From a virus, in IMG/VR virus record IMGVR_UViG_3300046834_000025, positions 1 through 64,000 of that record: a stretch of DNA of 64,000 nucleotides; one strand, 5' to 3'. This document shows positions 54,769 through 64,000 of this stretch, piece after piece. The notes beneath the pieces are model-generated. The model was not told the DNA's origin and did no database searches. It saw nothing but the letters and a program-made list of their open reading frames with translations. The position numbers and the translations under genes were made by a program. Positions within the stretch are counted from its first letter, which is position 1. Every line of letters begins with the position of its first letter.

Positions 54769-55089
54769 TCAGTCCAACCTAGAACCGATATGTCCCGTGA
54801 TGTAGTTCAGCGCGAAGACGCCGGTCATCCACCGCCACCACTCGGCAGCCTCACCAGGACCGCCGACCAGCCAGAGCGAGATGCAGGCGGCAACGCCGAT
54901 CCAGAAGCCGACGCAGAAGGGACACTGCAACCCTTCAACGTACTTGGCCCACCGTGACTCCTTGCCTCGGTAGGCTCTCTTGGCTATCGGCTTGTAGAGC
55001 CACCACTGGCCGATACTGTCCGTGGTCACGACTCGCGTGAGGCGAAGCGTGACAAGGACCAGGAGCACAAGGTCTAGTGCGATGAACAT
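54769..55089 (-). CDS. DUF1360-like membrane protein
   Basis: RLTRVVTTDSI...LQCPFCVGFW. Confidence 0.8.
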   Translation of the reverse strand: MFIALDLVLLVLVTLRLTRVVTTDSIGQWWLYKPIAKRAYRGKESRWAKYVEGLQCPFCVGFWIGVAACISLWLVGGPGEAAEWWRWMTGVFALNYITGHIGSRLD

Positions 55090-55098
55090 GTTCCCACC

Positions 55099-56958
55099 CT
55101 ATATCTTGATGATGTACTGCACCGCTCCAGATGGCTGGAACGAGTTCTGGCTGTCAGTGTTGCCCATCAGGCCGATGCCGAACGAGTGTGTAACATTCGA
55201 AACCGTTCTGGTGGCTGCATAGAACACTTCGGAAGTCCATGAGCCAGTAGCCGCACCGCTCTGTACGCGGAAGCCGGAAGTCGTGTTCGATGCGAGCTTG
55301 GCTGCACCGTCGTCGGATAGCGGATGCGTGTGTGTCTTGGTGCCATAGTACTTGCCAACTGCCGGAAACTCTGTGGAGCCATCGAAACCGACAGCGGTAC
55401 GACCTCTGAAGTTCGGCAGGCGGAACTGATCGGCTGTTTCACCACTAGTATTCCAGAGAGTCCCGATCACACCGAACAGATCTGGATAGGCCTTACGGCT
55501 TAGAACGGTACCATCGCAGAGGAGCCAGCCTGCTGGAGCCGTGATCCCGCCGAACATGGTGATCGAGCCAATCGGCGGAAGCACACCGACCGGGGCCGTT
55601 TCAGTCTTGCCTGTTGAGAGGTCGAGCCGCACAAGACGAATGCGCTCACGCAATGTGTTCGGGTTGCCGACCGTTTCGACCAAGGCGGAGACAGACCACG
55701 GACTCCAGTCTACGTGAGCACCCTTGGTTCGCACCTGCCATTCGATCTCGCTGTTGTCAGGGAACGTGTTCGCGGCCATGCTTGCTGATGCCGACGAGGA
55801 CGCAATCTCTGCCTCGATCGTCCAGGCTGGTGCACCGACGACACGCCACTGTATCTGTTCCTTCGTCTGTGCCGTGGTGTCCGAGGTGTTGTACTTCCAG
55901 GAGAATGTGTTCGCCGTGGTCGGACTGATGATCGAGCCATTCGGCGCGAGATTCGTTGGAGCGAATGGCGCAGAGGTGATGCCAGCCGTTTCTGTTGTCT
56001 CACCCGTATAGGCACTGTAGAGTGTGCCCTGGATACCAGTAGTTGTCTTGGCTCGAAGCTTGTACTTAGTCTTCTTGGCGGCGTTGGCCGTTGTGTCGAT
56101 GTAACTCTGAGAAGAACCAAGGCCAGTGTGCGCGATCGTGGCCAAGAGTGCGTACACGCCGTCCTGTGCTCGCCACACCTCGATAGAGAACTCATCGTAG
56201 CCACCGGACTTGTTCTTCCACGAGACGGTCTGTTGTGCGCCAGATGGCCCGTCATAGCGAGCTGGTCCCAACGGAGGAGCTGGAGCAGTGTAGATGTAGC
56301 TCGTGTAGTCCCAGGCCGATGATCCCTTGCTGTTGGATGATCTGACTGCGTACCTGTACTTGCGATCCTCGAGAACACTGTCGGTGATCGATGTGCTGGA
56401 GCCGCTTGTCGTACCGAGATCGACGTAGTCGCCGTCGAGTGTCTGAACACGGGTAAGAACTGACTCCCACGGCCTCTCGGGAATGCTCTTGTTCGACCAG
56501 GTGATCTTGTGAGCGGTCGAGGAAACACGAGCCACTTCACCGTTGGTCGGCGGGTTCGGTGCCGCGATCGGACGGGCCGGAATCGTCGTGGTGACAGAGA
56601 TCGTCGGCGTGACGCCATTGAATGCACCACTCAGTGTTGCAACGAGAGTCCATGTGCCAGGAGACTCACCGTAGGAACTATCAGAGTAGTCACGGAAGAA
56701 GGAAACTAGGTCTCGCTGAACCGCTGCAGTGCCATCGTTATTGGTGAACGAGATCGATGAGCGGCCCTGGAAGTTGTTGTCCAACTGGTTCGAGTAGTTG
56801 ATGACCTGGCTGTCGTTGTACGGGTCTGTGTTCTGCGAGTAGATCTTTACGATGAGGTGGGCCTCGTCGTCCGAGGTCTGGACTGCATCCCATGCGACAT
56901 CGAGCCCAAGGCGGATACCGATGCCGCTGGACTCGTAGCTGCCCCACTGGATAGCCAT
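55099..56958 (-). CDS. Minor tail protein with FN3-like and tail-collar domains
   Basis: PIGSITMFGG..PAGWLLCDG...F.LPNFRGR. Confidence 0.85.
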   Translation of the reverse strand: MAIQWGSYESSGIGIRLGLDVAWDAVQTSDDEAHLIVKIYSQNTDPYNDSQVINYSNQLDNNFQGRSSISFTNNDGTAAVQRDLVSFFRDYSDSSYGESPGTWTLVATLSGAFNGVTPTISVTTTIPARPIAAPNPPTNGEVARVSSTAHKITWSNKSIPERPWESVLTRVQTLDGDYVDLGTTSGSSTSITDSVLEDRKYRYAVRSSNSKGSSAWDYTSYIYTAPAPPLGPARYDGPSGAQQTVSWKNKSGGYDEFSIEVWRAQDGVYALLATIAHTGLGSSQSYIDTTANAAKKTKYKLRAKTTTGIQGTLYSAYTGETTETAGITSAPFAPTNLAPNGSIISPTTANTFSWKYNTSDTTAQTKEQIQWRVVGAPAWTIEAEIASSSASASMAANTFPDNSEIEWQVRTKGAHVDWSPWSVSALVETVGNPNTLRERIRLVRLDLSTGKTETAPVGVLPPIGSITMFGGITAPAGWLLCDGTVLSRKAYPDLFGVIGTLWNTSGETADQFRLPNFRGRTAVGFDGSTEFPAVGKYYGTKTHTHPLSDDGAAKLASNTTSGFRVQSGAATGSWTSEVFYAATRTVSNVTHSFGIGLMGNTDSQNSFQPSGAVQYIIKI

Positions 56959-56961
56959 GCG

Positions 56962-59900
56962 TCACCTCAGAAGGTAGGACTGTTGCGGATGGAAGTGGAA
57001 TGTCGTTTCGTCAGAAGCAAAGCCGACCTGTTGGACGATCTGCCCGACTGCATTGGGGTTCTTCGTACCGATCTGGCCGGGTTGTGTCTGGAGGAATTGC
57101 AGACCGGGCTGCAGTCCGACCAGGGCTGGAACGTAGCCAAGAGTGAAGACTGGGACGGCATCTCCTGGCTCGGCATCCTCCAAGACGAAGCCGTGGGCCT
57201 CATGCGGTTCGATGGTTCCGGCATGATAGGGTGAGAGGACCGAACTTGCTTCCACCATCAGCGCATCCCAGTACACGAGCTCTGTGGGGATGTTGGATCC
57301 ATTGAAGATTCGAATCAGCGCACTTGTCGTGTCTCCCGGCAGAGTTACAGTTACGGAGACTCTATAGGTGCCTACAGCATTGGCTGCAGCGACCCCCGGT
57401 ACAGTGTACTGCACACCGCCGTTGTTTGATGGAGACGTGATGTATACCCAGATGTTTCGTGCTGCCGCACTGAGAGACCCAGTCTGGACGTTCGCCACTC
57501 TGATAGTGCCAGAGATAGTATACGTTCTGCCTGGAACCAGGAAGGAGGGCATGCCAGCAGAGACACCGATGTAGGCACTGCTGTTGACAGTCGCGCCATT
57601 CGGCGTGATCAGCAATGAGGCGACTCCATCAGCCGCAAAGCTAGTCGACCTGGCTATGGTTGCGTTGCTAGCGATGTATCCACTGGCGTCTGTTTCGATC
57701 GATGGGTTCGGAAGCAGGTTCATGGCACCCGCCTGCGCTGGTCGAACGAAGAACACTCCGTTGTTGTCCCATGTGTTCACAAGCATACCATACCGAACGG
57801 CGTCACTGACCCGCATCGAGTTCGTCAGGAGCTTGTACGGCGGCAGGCTGTTGTATGCGATGCGATCTGGGTCCAGAATGCCGGTCGTCAGGTCGCTTGC
57901 GTCAGAGTCATACTGCGTGGAGCCCGTGAAGTCTAGTGGGAGCCAAGCACCGTCGTAGAGCTCGTAGACAGCGGTGATCTTCCCGCCGACCAAATGGGAT
58001 GTCGAGGCGTGCGGTGCGCCGTCCCACACGGCATCGTAGGAGTCGCCATCGAAGTACCGACCAGTGGCCTCTTCCTGCTCGATCAGGGCAGCGTTGATGC
58101 GCCAGACGGCGCTTGCATTCGGGTTGACAACCTGGATACCACCGAGATATGCTACAATGCCGCCACTGGGAACCGGCGCTGCGACTTTCAGTTCCACCCA
58201 TTCATCTGTCAGCAGAGTGACTGGTGGGCTGTTGAAGTGCTCTACGAGGCCTGCAGCGGCATCGTAGTAGCGAAGGCTGACATAGGACCCCACGCCAGAG
58301 CCGGACTCGAGACGGGCAAAGACGGTGATCGCCCACGACTGTCCCTCGCTCACCGGGAAGCCAGGAATGCCGCCGTCCCACGAAATCGAATGCAACTCAG
58401 CGGCAGCCGTGTTCAGCGCCCGCGCGTCATGGGTGCCCGTGCCAGGAATCGGCACGGAGACATCAGTGAGTTCTCGTGTGAAGGTACCTGTGCCGGTCGA
58501 TGTCCAGCCTGCCAGGTCGAGTTCGAACGACGGGTTGGAGCAGTGGTTCTGCCTCGCACGGGTACGAGTGTACCACATCGAGCCTGGCTCGCGACCCTTG
58601 ATGAGCGTGTTGGCTCCGACACCATCAACAGCGTGGGCCGGGTCGGCAGCCTCAGCGATGTGATACGAAACTGTCCACGGCGCAACCTCACTGAATGACG
58701 AGACCGTCCAGGTGCCGTCGTAGGGTGCCCCTACGCGGGTAACGACGATCAGGCCACCGATCGGCATTGTCATGCCGCCCACGTCGTCCAGGGTCAGCCT
58801 GGCGACACCGCCTGTGGATGTGCCCTCGATGTACGTGTCCAGGCCGGGAGCTACCTCGAGCAGGGCTGCATCCACCTGCCAGACATCTGCGTTGGCTACA
58901 CTCGGAGAGGAGACACCTGGTGCCACCGTCACGGCAGTGGCCGGGACTACTGCCGTGACGTATGGTCGCACCCAGGTACCATCAGCGGGTAGCTGAACCG
59001 GCGCACCGGAGATACTAACGCCGCCAACGATTGCGCCGACTGAGTCGTAGAACCACACCGTCGCAGTGTAGTCGGCTCCACCGATACCAGACATCAGTCT
59101 AGCGTAGGCAGAGAACGTGATTGTCTGGCCGACTGTAACTGGGATGCGATTTGCAGTTGCAAGAGTAAGATAGTGCGTGTTGGCAGTTCCGTCGTTAGTC
59201 AGTTGTGCTACGGCAGTACCAGACTGCATGCGCGCCGAAGGCGTTCGGACCACGGGTGGTATCACCCTGGTCAAGGCTGCACGCACGCCCGACCAGCCCG
59301 CTGTGTCGATCTCGAAAGACGGATTGGGGAACAGGTTGGACCTAGAGCCTAGAATCTCTGCCTGCACGATCCGCCACAAGCCATCCGGCAGAAGGTTGCC
59401 ACCATCGGAGCTCGCGTAGTAGAGAACGTCCTCTGCCGTAGGCTCGTAGTCAGAGATCGAGATTCGACCATCAGCCGTGTTAGCGAGGTTGTGTGCGTCA
59501 ATCGCCGTCACACCAGAGATCGCGGCCTTAATCGCAATCTCGTTCAGGGTCGAGTCACCGACCACGAGATCGCCTGCGTTCTCAATGATCTCATCAACCT
59601 TTGGGTCTGAGGCATCGACCCAGATCATGTTGTCGGCGTCCCAGACCCACGGTTTCATGTTGTCGTTCGTGTCATACCAAAGATCGTTGTCTGGCATATC
59701 CGGTGTGCCGTCCGGCCACGGCGGCTCGTCCTGGCGATAGATGTCATTGCCACCATCACCGCCAGATGGTGTGGGTGCGGGTGGCAAGGAGTCAGGCGGG
59801 ATGTACTCACCAGAGATAACCGGCTGCGCACCAGGGAGATCGATCACACGCTGATAGTCATCGCTGATCAGAATGGTGACTGGCTGCTCATACGGGCCTT

Positions 59901-60252
59901 CAGGCATGACAGCGAGATCGTGGATCGTAAGCGGAACCTCGATCGGTTCCTCTGCATCGATGATCGTGACCTCTGCGACCCATCGCTTTCCGGGTGCGCC
60001 ACCGATGTCGGGAGAGACGTTGGTGCTCTCCTCCCAGGTCTCGATGAGCGGTGACTCGATGGTGATGGTGACGGCTTCGTCGTCGTTCTCTGTGACGATG
60101 AATGGACCTTCACTGCCAACCCAGACACGCTCACCAGCAGAGATTTCTGCGAAGTCTAGCTCGAGGATCGTTGAACCAGAGGGCATGTCTACTGCCAGTG
60201 TGGGACCGATGTACTCCCACCTGACCTCGTTGAGAAGCCCTTCGATCGCCAC
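56962..60252 (-). CDS. Minor tail/receptor-binding protein with three carbohydrate-binding-like modules
   Basis: NLFPNPSFE, NHCSNPSFE and NLLPNPSIE repeats; DLWYDT motif. Confidence 0.8.
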   Translation of the reverse strand: MAIEGLLNEVRWEYIGPTLAVDMPSGSTILELDFAEISAGERVWVGSEGPFIVTENDDEAVTITIESPLIETWEESTNVSPDIGGAPGKRWVAEVTIIDAEEPIEVPLTIHDLAVMPEGPYEQPVTILISDDYQRVIDLPGAQPVISGEYIPPDSLPPAPTPSGGDGGNDIYRQDEPPWPDGTPDMPDNDLWYDTNDNMKPWVWDADNMIWVDASDPKVDEIIENAGDLVVGDSTLNEIAIKAAISGVTAIDAHNLANTADGRISISDYEPTAEDVLYYASSDGGNLLPDGLWRIVQAEILGSRSNLFPNPSFEIDTAGWSGVRAALTRVIPPVVRTPSARMQSGTAVAQLTNDGTANTHYLTLATANRIPVTVGQTITFSAYARLMSGIGGADYTATVWFYDSVGAIVGGVSISGAPVQLPADGTWVRPYVTAVVPATAVTVAPGVSSPSVANADVWQVDAALLEVAPGLDTYIEGTSTGGVARLTLDDVGGMTMPIGGLIVVTRVGAPYDGTWTVSSFSEVAPWTVSYHIAEAADPAHAVDGVGANTLIKGREPGSMWYTRTRARQNHCSNPSFELDLAGWTSTGTGTFTRELTDVSVPIPGTGTHDARALNTAAAELHSISWDGGIPGFPVSEGQSWAITVFARLESGSGVGSYVSLRYYDAAAGLVEHFNSPPVTLLTDEWVELKVAAPVPSGGIVAYLGGIQVVNPNASAVWRINAALIEQEEATGRYFDGDSYDAVWDGAPHASTSHLVGGKITAVYELYDGAWLPLDFTGSTQYDSDASDLTTGILDPDRIAYNSLPPYKLLTNSMRVSDAVRYGMLVNTWDNNGVFFVRPAQAGAMNLLPNPSIETDASGYIASNATIARSTSFAADGVASLLITPNGATVNSSAYIGVSAGMPSFLVPGRTYTISGTIRVANVQTGSLSAAARNIWVYITSPSNNGGVQYTVPGVAAANAVGTYRVSVTVTLPGDTTSALIRIFNGSNIPTELVYWDALMVEASSVLSPYHAGTIEPHEAHGFVLEDAEPGDAVPVFTLGYVPALVGLQPGLQFLQTQPGQIGTKNPNAVGQIVQQVGFASDETTFHFHPQQSYLLR

Positions 60253-61499
60253 TAGACAGCCGCACCTCCAGCCGTCTTCTCCCTGATCTTCGATCCGGCA
60301 TATGTGGCCTTCTGGACCGTGACGCCTGCGCTCACGATATTGGTGCGACCAATGGTCATGTTCCCGCCTGTGCCGAGTGGGATGCTGATGTTGTCGAACA
60401 GCACCTCACCGACACCCTGCGGGAGAACAAACTTGTCGTACACGTCCATGTGGAAGAACGGGATGATCTCGTAGGACTGGTCACCCTTGATGCCGGACGA
60501 GCCTTTCAGCGTGGAGATTGCGCGCTTGGTGAGCTCAGACGGCGTGTCCAGGTTGTCATCTTGAACCACGATCGGCAGATAGCGGTACTTCCCGTTGCGC
60601 CGGAGCGCGTACGCGCTCAACGGGTGAGAGCTAACGAGTTGCGCCGTCGATACGCGTAGGGTTGAAAACGTGTAGTCGTCTGCGATCTTCTTCTCTGCCT
60701 TGGTGAGGTTGCGTTCCTCGATCTGGCGCTTCGAGGTTACTTTTGCGTAGTTCGAGAAGTCGGTGAATGATGTACTCGCACTAGGAAGAGCCAGCAAAGA
60801 GTTGACCACGACGGGATACTTCGCGGTGTTGGTCGGCTCACACGTTGCATAACCGTCTGCGGAGTAGTACGACCGCCAGCCCATCTCGCTACCTGCGATA
60901 CGCCGGAACAGCTTCCACGGCGTCAGTGCGTCGTCGCCCATGCCCATCGCGTATACCTTGGAGGTTCGCTTGGTGGTCGTGGGGATACGAAACTTCTTCT
61001 CTCCCGTGGAACCGAGAATATCCAGGAGAGCAGAGCGGACGTTCGTACCAGCCTTGTAGGACTTCGGTAGTGTCCCGTGATGGGAGACAGCGGACTTGTC
61101 GTTGAGTTCGAGACCAACCTCTGCGCCTTCACGGCTTACGGCAGTCGGCAGGCCGACGAATACGGTCGTGTAGATGTTCTTGTTCAGCTTGGGGACAAAG
61201 ATCATGTGCATGATGCGCAACAGGCGGTTCACCCACAGCACGCCATCGTCGTCTGTGGTGTAGCTGTTGCCGTAGCTGAGCCGACCCTCCGGGTCGCTGA
61301 TCGTGATGCTGGCCGTTCGCAGCGGGCCGTCCTCACCAATCGTGAGGTTTACCTGTCCGTCCAGGAGCTCGAGCGTATCGACTTCTACCTCTTCGAGAGT
61401 CAGCACCTCCACCCACACCTTGAAGTCGTGGTCCGACTGCAAACGCTCATGATACGCCGCGCGCTCTGCGGCGTCCTTGAGAACGGGATAGGTCTGCAT
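60252..61499 (-). CDS. Minor tail (baseplate hub-like) protein
   Basis: LLDGQVNL...RTASITISDP; second gene after the tape measure. Confidence 0.75.
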   Translation of the reverse strand: MQTYPVLKDAAERAAYHERLQSDHDFKVWVEVLTLEEVEVDTLELLDGQVNLTIGEDGPLRTASITISDPEGRLSYGNSYTTDDDGVLWVNRLLRIMHMIFVPKLNKNIYTTVFVGLPTAVSREGAEVGLELNDKSAVSHHGTLPKSYKAGTNVRSALLDILGSTGEKKFRIPTTTKRTSKVYAMGMGDDALTPWKLFRRIAGSEMGWRSYYSADGYATCEPTNTAKYPVVVNSLLALPSASTSFTDFSNYAKVTSKRQIEERNLTKAEKKIADDYTFSTLRVSTAQLVSSHPLSAYALRRNGKYRYLPIVVQDDNLDTPSELTKRAISTLKGSSGIKGDQSYEIIPFFHMDVYDKFVLPQGVGEVLFDNISIPLGTGGNMTIGRTNIVSAGVTVQKATYAGSKIREKTAGGAAV

Positions 61500-63304
61500 T
61501 AGGAGTTCGACAACCTCTCCCACCAGTTGAAGCTGATCAAGAGTCGGTCAGGACCGCAGTTCTCCGAGTAGAAGTCATCCACAGGTGAGTAGTCTCCGAT
61601 GATGACTGACATGTTCACCTTGCCGAAGATGAGGCGGTACTTGCGTCCGCTGTCAGCCCGTGTCCAGTCGTCCAGAGTCTGCTCGTCCTGATCGAATACC
61701 AGGCCGGTGACGCTGCCAGCCCTGGTGGTACGCATCAGCCTACGCCGGACGACCTCGATGCGGAGATCGCCGTGAACTGGTGCATGGAGAATCGCGCCTT
61801 CTTGTGTCTCCTGTTCGACAGTGGGGACATCGCCTGCGCCGAAGATCTCGATCTTCCTGCCATCGGTCGGATCAACAATCCAGACGCTCTGAGTCCATAG
61901 CTTCGCTGTCACGGTCGGGCCGTCGCCATCTACGATGCCCGCGTTGCGAACCTTGACACGCCATGTGTGTTCGTGCCGGAGGTCTGCCGTGAAATCTGCG
62001 ATGTTGGCGAAGTTCACGTTGTCCGGGAAGAAAACCGAGCCAGGCGCCCACTTGTAGTTGACACCGGTTTCTGGATCCCAGATGTCTACCTGTACGTTGT
62101 CACGGAACAGGCTGATCTCGTCCGGGATGCCTTGTGTGCGTGTTCCTCTGAACACCGGGATAGGATCATTGAAGTCCATCGCGAGTGTCGAGACAGCGAG
62201 ACCAGTTGTCGCGGAGATCGTTGTGAAGTCGTGCGAGACAGTAACCTCAGTCGGTGCATCATTGGCTGCGACCCGTGGAGCTACGTTGTCACGCACCCGG
62301 ACTGTAACCCTGCCGATGCCGCCGGGAACCTTAATGCCCTTCTGAGGATCCCATTCCTTGTCCGTGCCGCTCTTCAAGCCGCTGATGTCCTTGCGGACAG
62401 CACCCTCGTAAAGGGCTGCCTCCCATGCAGTCTGGGTGTCCGGCGTGACCGTCCAACGCACCGTGGGTTCGCCGTCCTGAGAGGTAGCAAGCGGAGAAGT
62501 GATCACGACAGCAGGCAGGCTCTTGTACGAGTAGTCGGCAAACTCGCTCCACTTGCTCTCACCCTCTGGTCCGTTGGTCATGGCACGCCAGAAGATGCCA
62601 GGCCCGCCGTCGATCAGGGCAGGGTTGGCACCAGGGTCCAGCACTGGGTCGTACATGCCGTCTGTGGCAGCCAGGAAGCCGGTGTCGTAGGTGATGTCCG
62701 CTGCGCTGCCCGTGGGGGAGAACTGGATGCGCTGCTGTGTCATGTCCTGGTCGCCTGCGAACTGCAGGACCGGCTCTGGCACGGAGACCGCTCCGCCGTC
62801 CGGCTTCAGACTCGTGGGCACCTTCGGGATGATGGTGTAGGTGACCTCGACATACGGCTTGTTGACCGAGGCTGCAGAGCCCTTGATCCAGCCGTAGGAG
62901 TTCGTGTTGGTGCTGACGCGCAGGCCGTACCGTGGCCGAGTCTTCACCCAGTTGGTGATGTTGAGCGCGATCGCTGTTCCACTGACCGGACTCGGAATGG
63001 TGATGCCAGTGAGCTGAGAACCGTAGGTCGGCTGCGTCTTCCAGGTGACCTTACTGTTCCACGTCTTCGTGATCGGAAATGCATTGATGTGAAAAGGGTT
63101 CGCTGCAGCCTTGTGGAACCACATGCGCAAGATAGCTGACGTGATCGTCGCGTCGGCAGGAATCACGTTGGTATCGAACTTGACCGACACCAAAATACGG
63201 TGCGTGTTGACCTTGTTCGGAAGCGCACCAGGAGAGCCGAAGGCGTAGGTAGGCTTGGGTGACTGGATGGAGTACGTAGAGACTGGAACTCGCACTACGG
63301 CCAT
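61499..63304 (-). CDS. Minor tail protein with DNRLRE/CBM-like N-terminal domain
   Basis: IPADATITSAILR...TWNSKVTWKTQP; immediately after the tape measure. Confidence 0.75.
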   Translation of the reverse strand: MAVVRVPVSTYSIQSPKPTYAFGSPGALPNKVNTHRILVSVKFDTNVIPADATITSAILRMWFHKAAANPFHINAFPITKTWNSKVTWKTQPTYGSQLTGITIPSPVSGTAIALNITNWVKTRPRYGLRVSTNTNSYGWIKGSAASVNKPYVEVTYTIIPKVPTSLKPDGGAVSVPEPVLQFAGDQDMTQQRIQFSPTGSAADITYDTGFLAATDGMYDPVLDPGANPALIDGGPGIFWRAMTNGPEGESKWSEFADYSYKSLPAVVITSPLATSQDGEPTVRWTVTPDTQTAWEAALYEGAVRKDISGLKSGTDKEWDPQKGIKVPGGIGRVTVRVRDNVAPRVAANDAPTEVTVSHDFTTISATTGLAVSTLAMDFNDPIPVFRGTRTQGIPDEISLFRDNVQVDIWDPETGVNYKWAPGSVFFPDNVNFANIADFTADLRHEHTWRVKVRNAGIVDGDGPTVTAKLWTQSVWIVDPTDGRKIEIFGAGDVPTVEQETQEGAILHAPVHGDLRIEVVRRRLMRTTRAGSVTGLVFDQDEQTLDDWTRADSGRKYRLIFGKVNMSVIIGDYSPVDDFYSENCGPDRLLISFNWWERLSNS

Positions 63305-63305
63305 G

Positions 63306-64000
63306 TCAGAACCCCCGCCATTCGAGCGAGTCTCGCGCACTGATTCGCTTGTCTGCAACCTCAGTGACATACGCCACGAAGTCTCTCGCACCGATGCGCA
63401 GGATCACAGTCTTCGGCAGTCTGCTTTCGTTCTGCGCCATGCCCCTACTCTCCTGATTGGAGTGGACACGGCTGCCACGTGGCAAGGTCACGATCTCTGG
63501 CCCCTTCTCTCCGACCAGGGCTGCGCCACCTGGAGCCACACCACCAGTGGCGAACGAGGGGATCGTGAACTTGAGCGGTCCCTTGCCGATGGTTCGAGGC
63601 AGGCCCAGCATGCTGTTGATGGCACTGCGGATCTTGCCCACGATGTCAGAGGCGAAACCGCCTGCGGCAGAGAAGCCGTCCTTGATCCCCTGGATCACCT
63701 TGCCGCCCAGTTCAGTCCCAGCATGGAGGAAAGATGATGCCATGCCAGCGATCTTACCAGGTAGGCCCTTGATGAAGTTCACGACCGTGCGAATGCCATT
63801 CTGTACCGTTCGACTCAGACCGCTGATAGCGAATCGTGCGCCAGCCACCAGGTTGGTCCAGACAGTAGAGACAAAGCTTTGGATGGCCCTGAAGCCGTTA
63901 CGGAAGAGGCCACGTATGAAACTGATGCCGCCGCTGATAACTCGCCGGATGACCGACCAAGCAACGCGGATCACTCGCACGATCACATTGAAGACAGTCG
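63306..64000 (-). CDS. Tape measure protein, C-terminal part
   Basis: Amphipathic W/F repeats; IPSFATGG...ALVGEKGPEIVTLPRGSRV. Confidence 0.88.
   Translation of the reverse strand, partial: TVFNVIVRVIRVAWSVIRRVISGGISFIRGLFRNGFRAIQSFVSTVWTNLVAGARFAISGLSRTVQNGIRTVVNFIKGLPGKIAGMASSFLHAGTELGGKVIQGIKDGFSAAGGFASDIVGKIRSAINSMLGLPRTIGKGPLKFTIPSFATGGVAPGGAALVGEKGPEIVTLPRGSRVHSNQESRGMAQNESRLPKTVILRIGARDFVAYVTEVADKRISARDSLEWRGF

Noticed and set aside
61967-63139. 390-aa plus-strand ORF
   Set aside because: Shadow of a minor tail gene
1-64000. tRNA genes, integrase/attP, endolysin, reverse transcriptase or DGR
   Set aside because: No supporting motifs seen by eye; lysin and capsid genes probably lie outside the window

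Overview
About 64 kb of a GC-rich tailed actinobacteriophage (siphovirus-like, probably circularly permuted). The head and packaging genes (1-13.4 kb) and the tail genes (54.5-64 kb) both read leftwards and appear to join outside the window. No integrase, endolysin, major capsid or tRNA gene was seen. Left arm (minus strand): an unlisted, run-off MuF fusion protein (MuF + 2H phosphoesterase + GNAT + start of an intein), portal, HNH, large terminase, about 20 small genes including a PRC-barrel gene with a SigB/SigF-type promoter, and a putative small terminase. At 13.45-14.77 kb there is a non-coding block with a promoter-driven, highly base-paired ~560-nt RNA candidate and an iteron/AT-rich origin candidate, next to a primase-helicase. 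The plus-strand arm (17.5-54.5 kb) carries DUF5664, DUF2786, a SNF2 helicase whose Walker A is split by a 7-nt gap, a MazG-like protein, dCMP deaminase, DUF932, a repeat-delimited gene array ending in a secreted protein and a class E sortase, two WhiB, a ParB-like protein, VRR-NUC, a Cas4-like exonuclease, an SSB, DNA polymerase A, and an RmlB/glycosyltransferase/methyltransferase cluster. Seven HNH-type genes are scattered through the window. Highlights are a conserved start-associated sequence (GAGAGGAAACCGATG) with a promoter-driven hairpin that carries its antisense in a loop, the large RNA candidate with a 22-nt complement elsewhere in the genome, the candidate ribosomal bypass, the multi-effector virion protein and the cassette array. 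All family calls come from motif recognition by eye; no database search was run. Many start codons were re-chosen from RBS or overlap context and differ from the ORF track.
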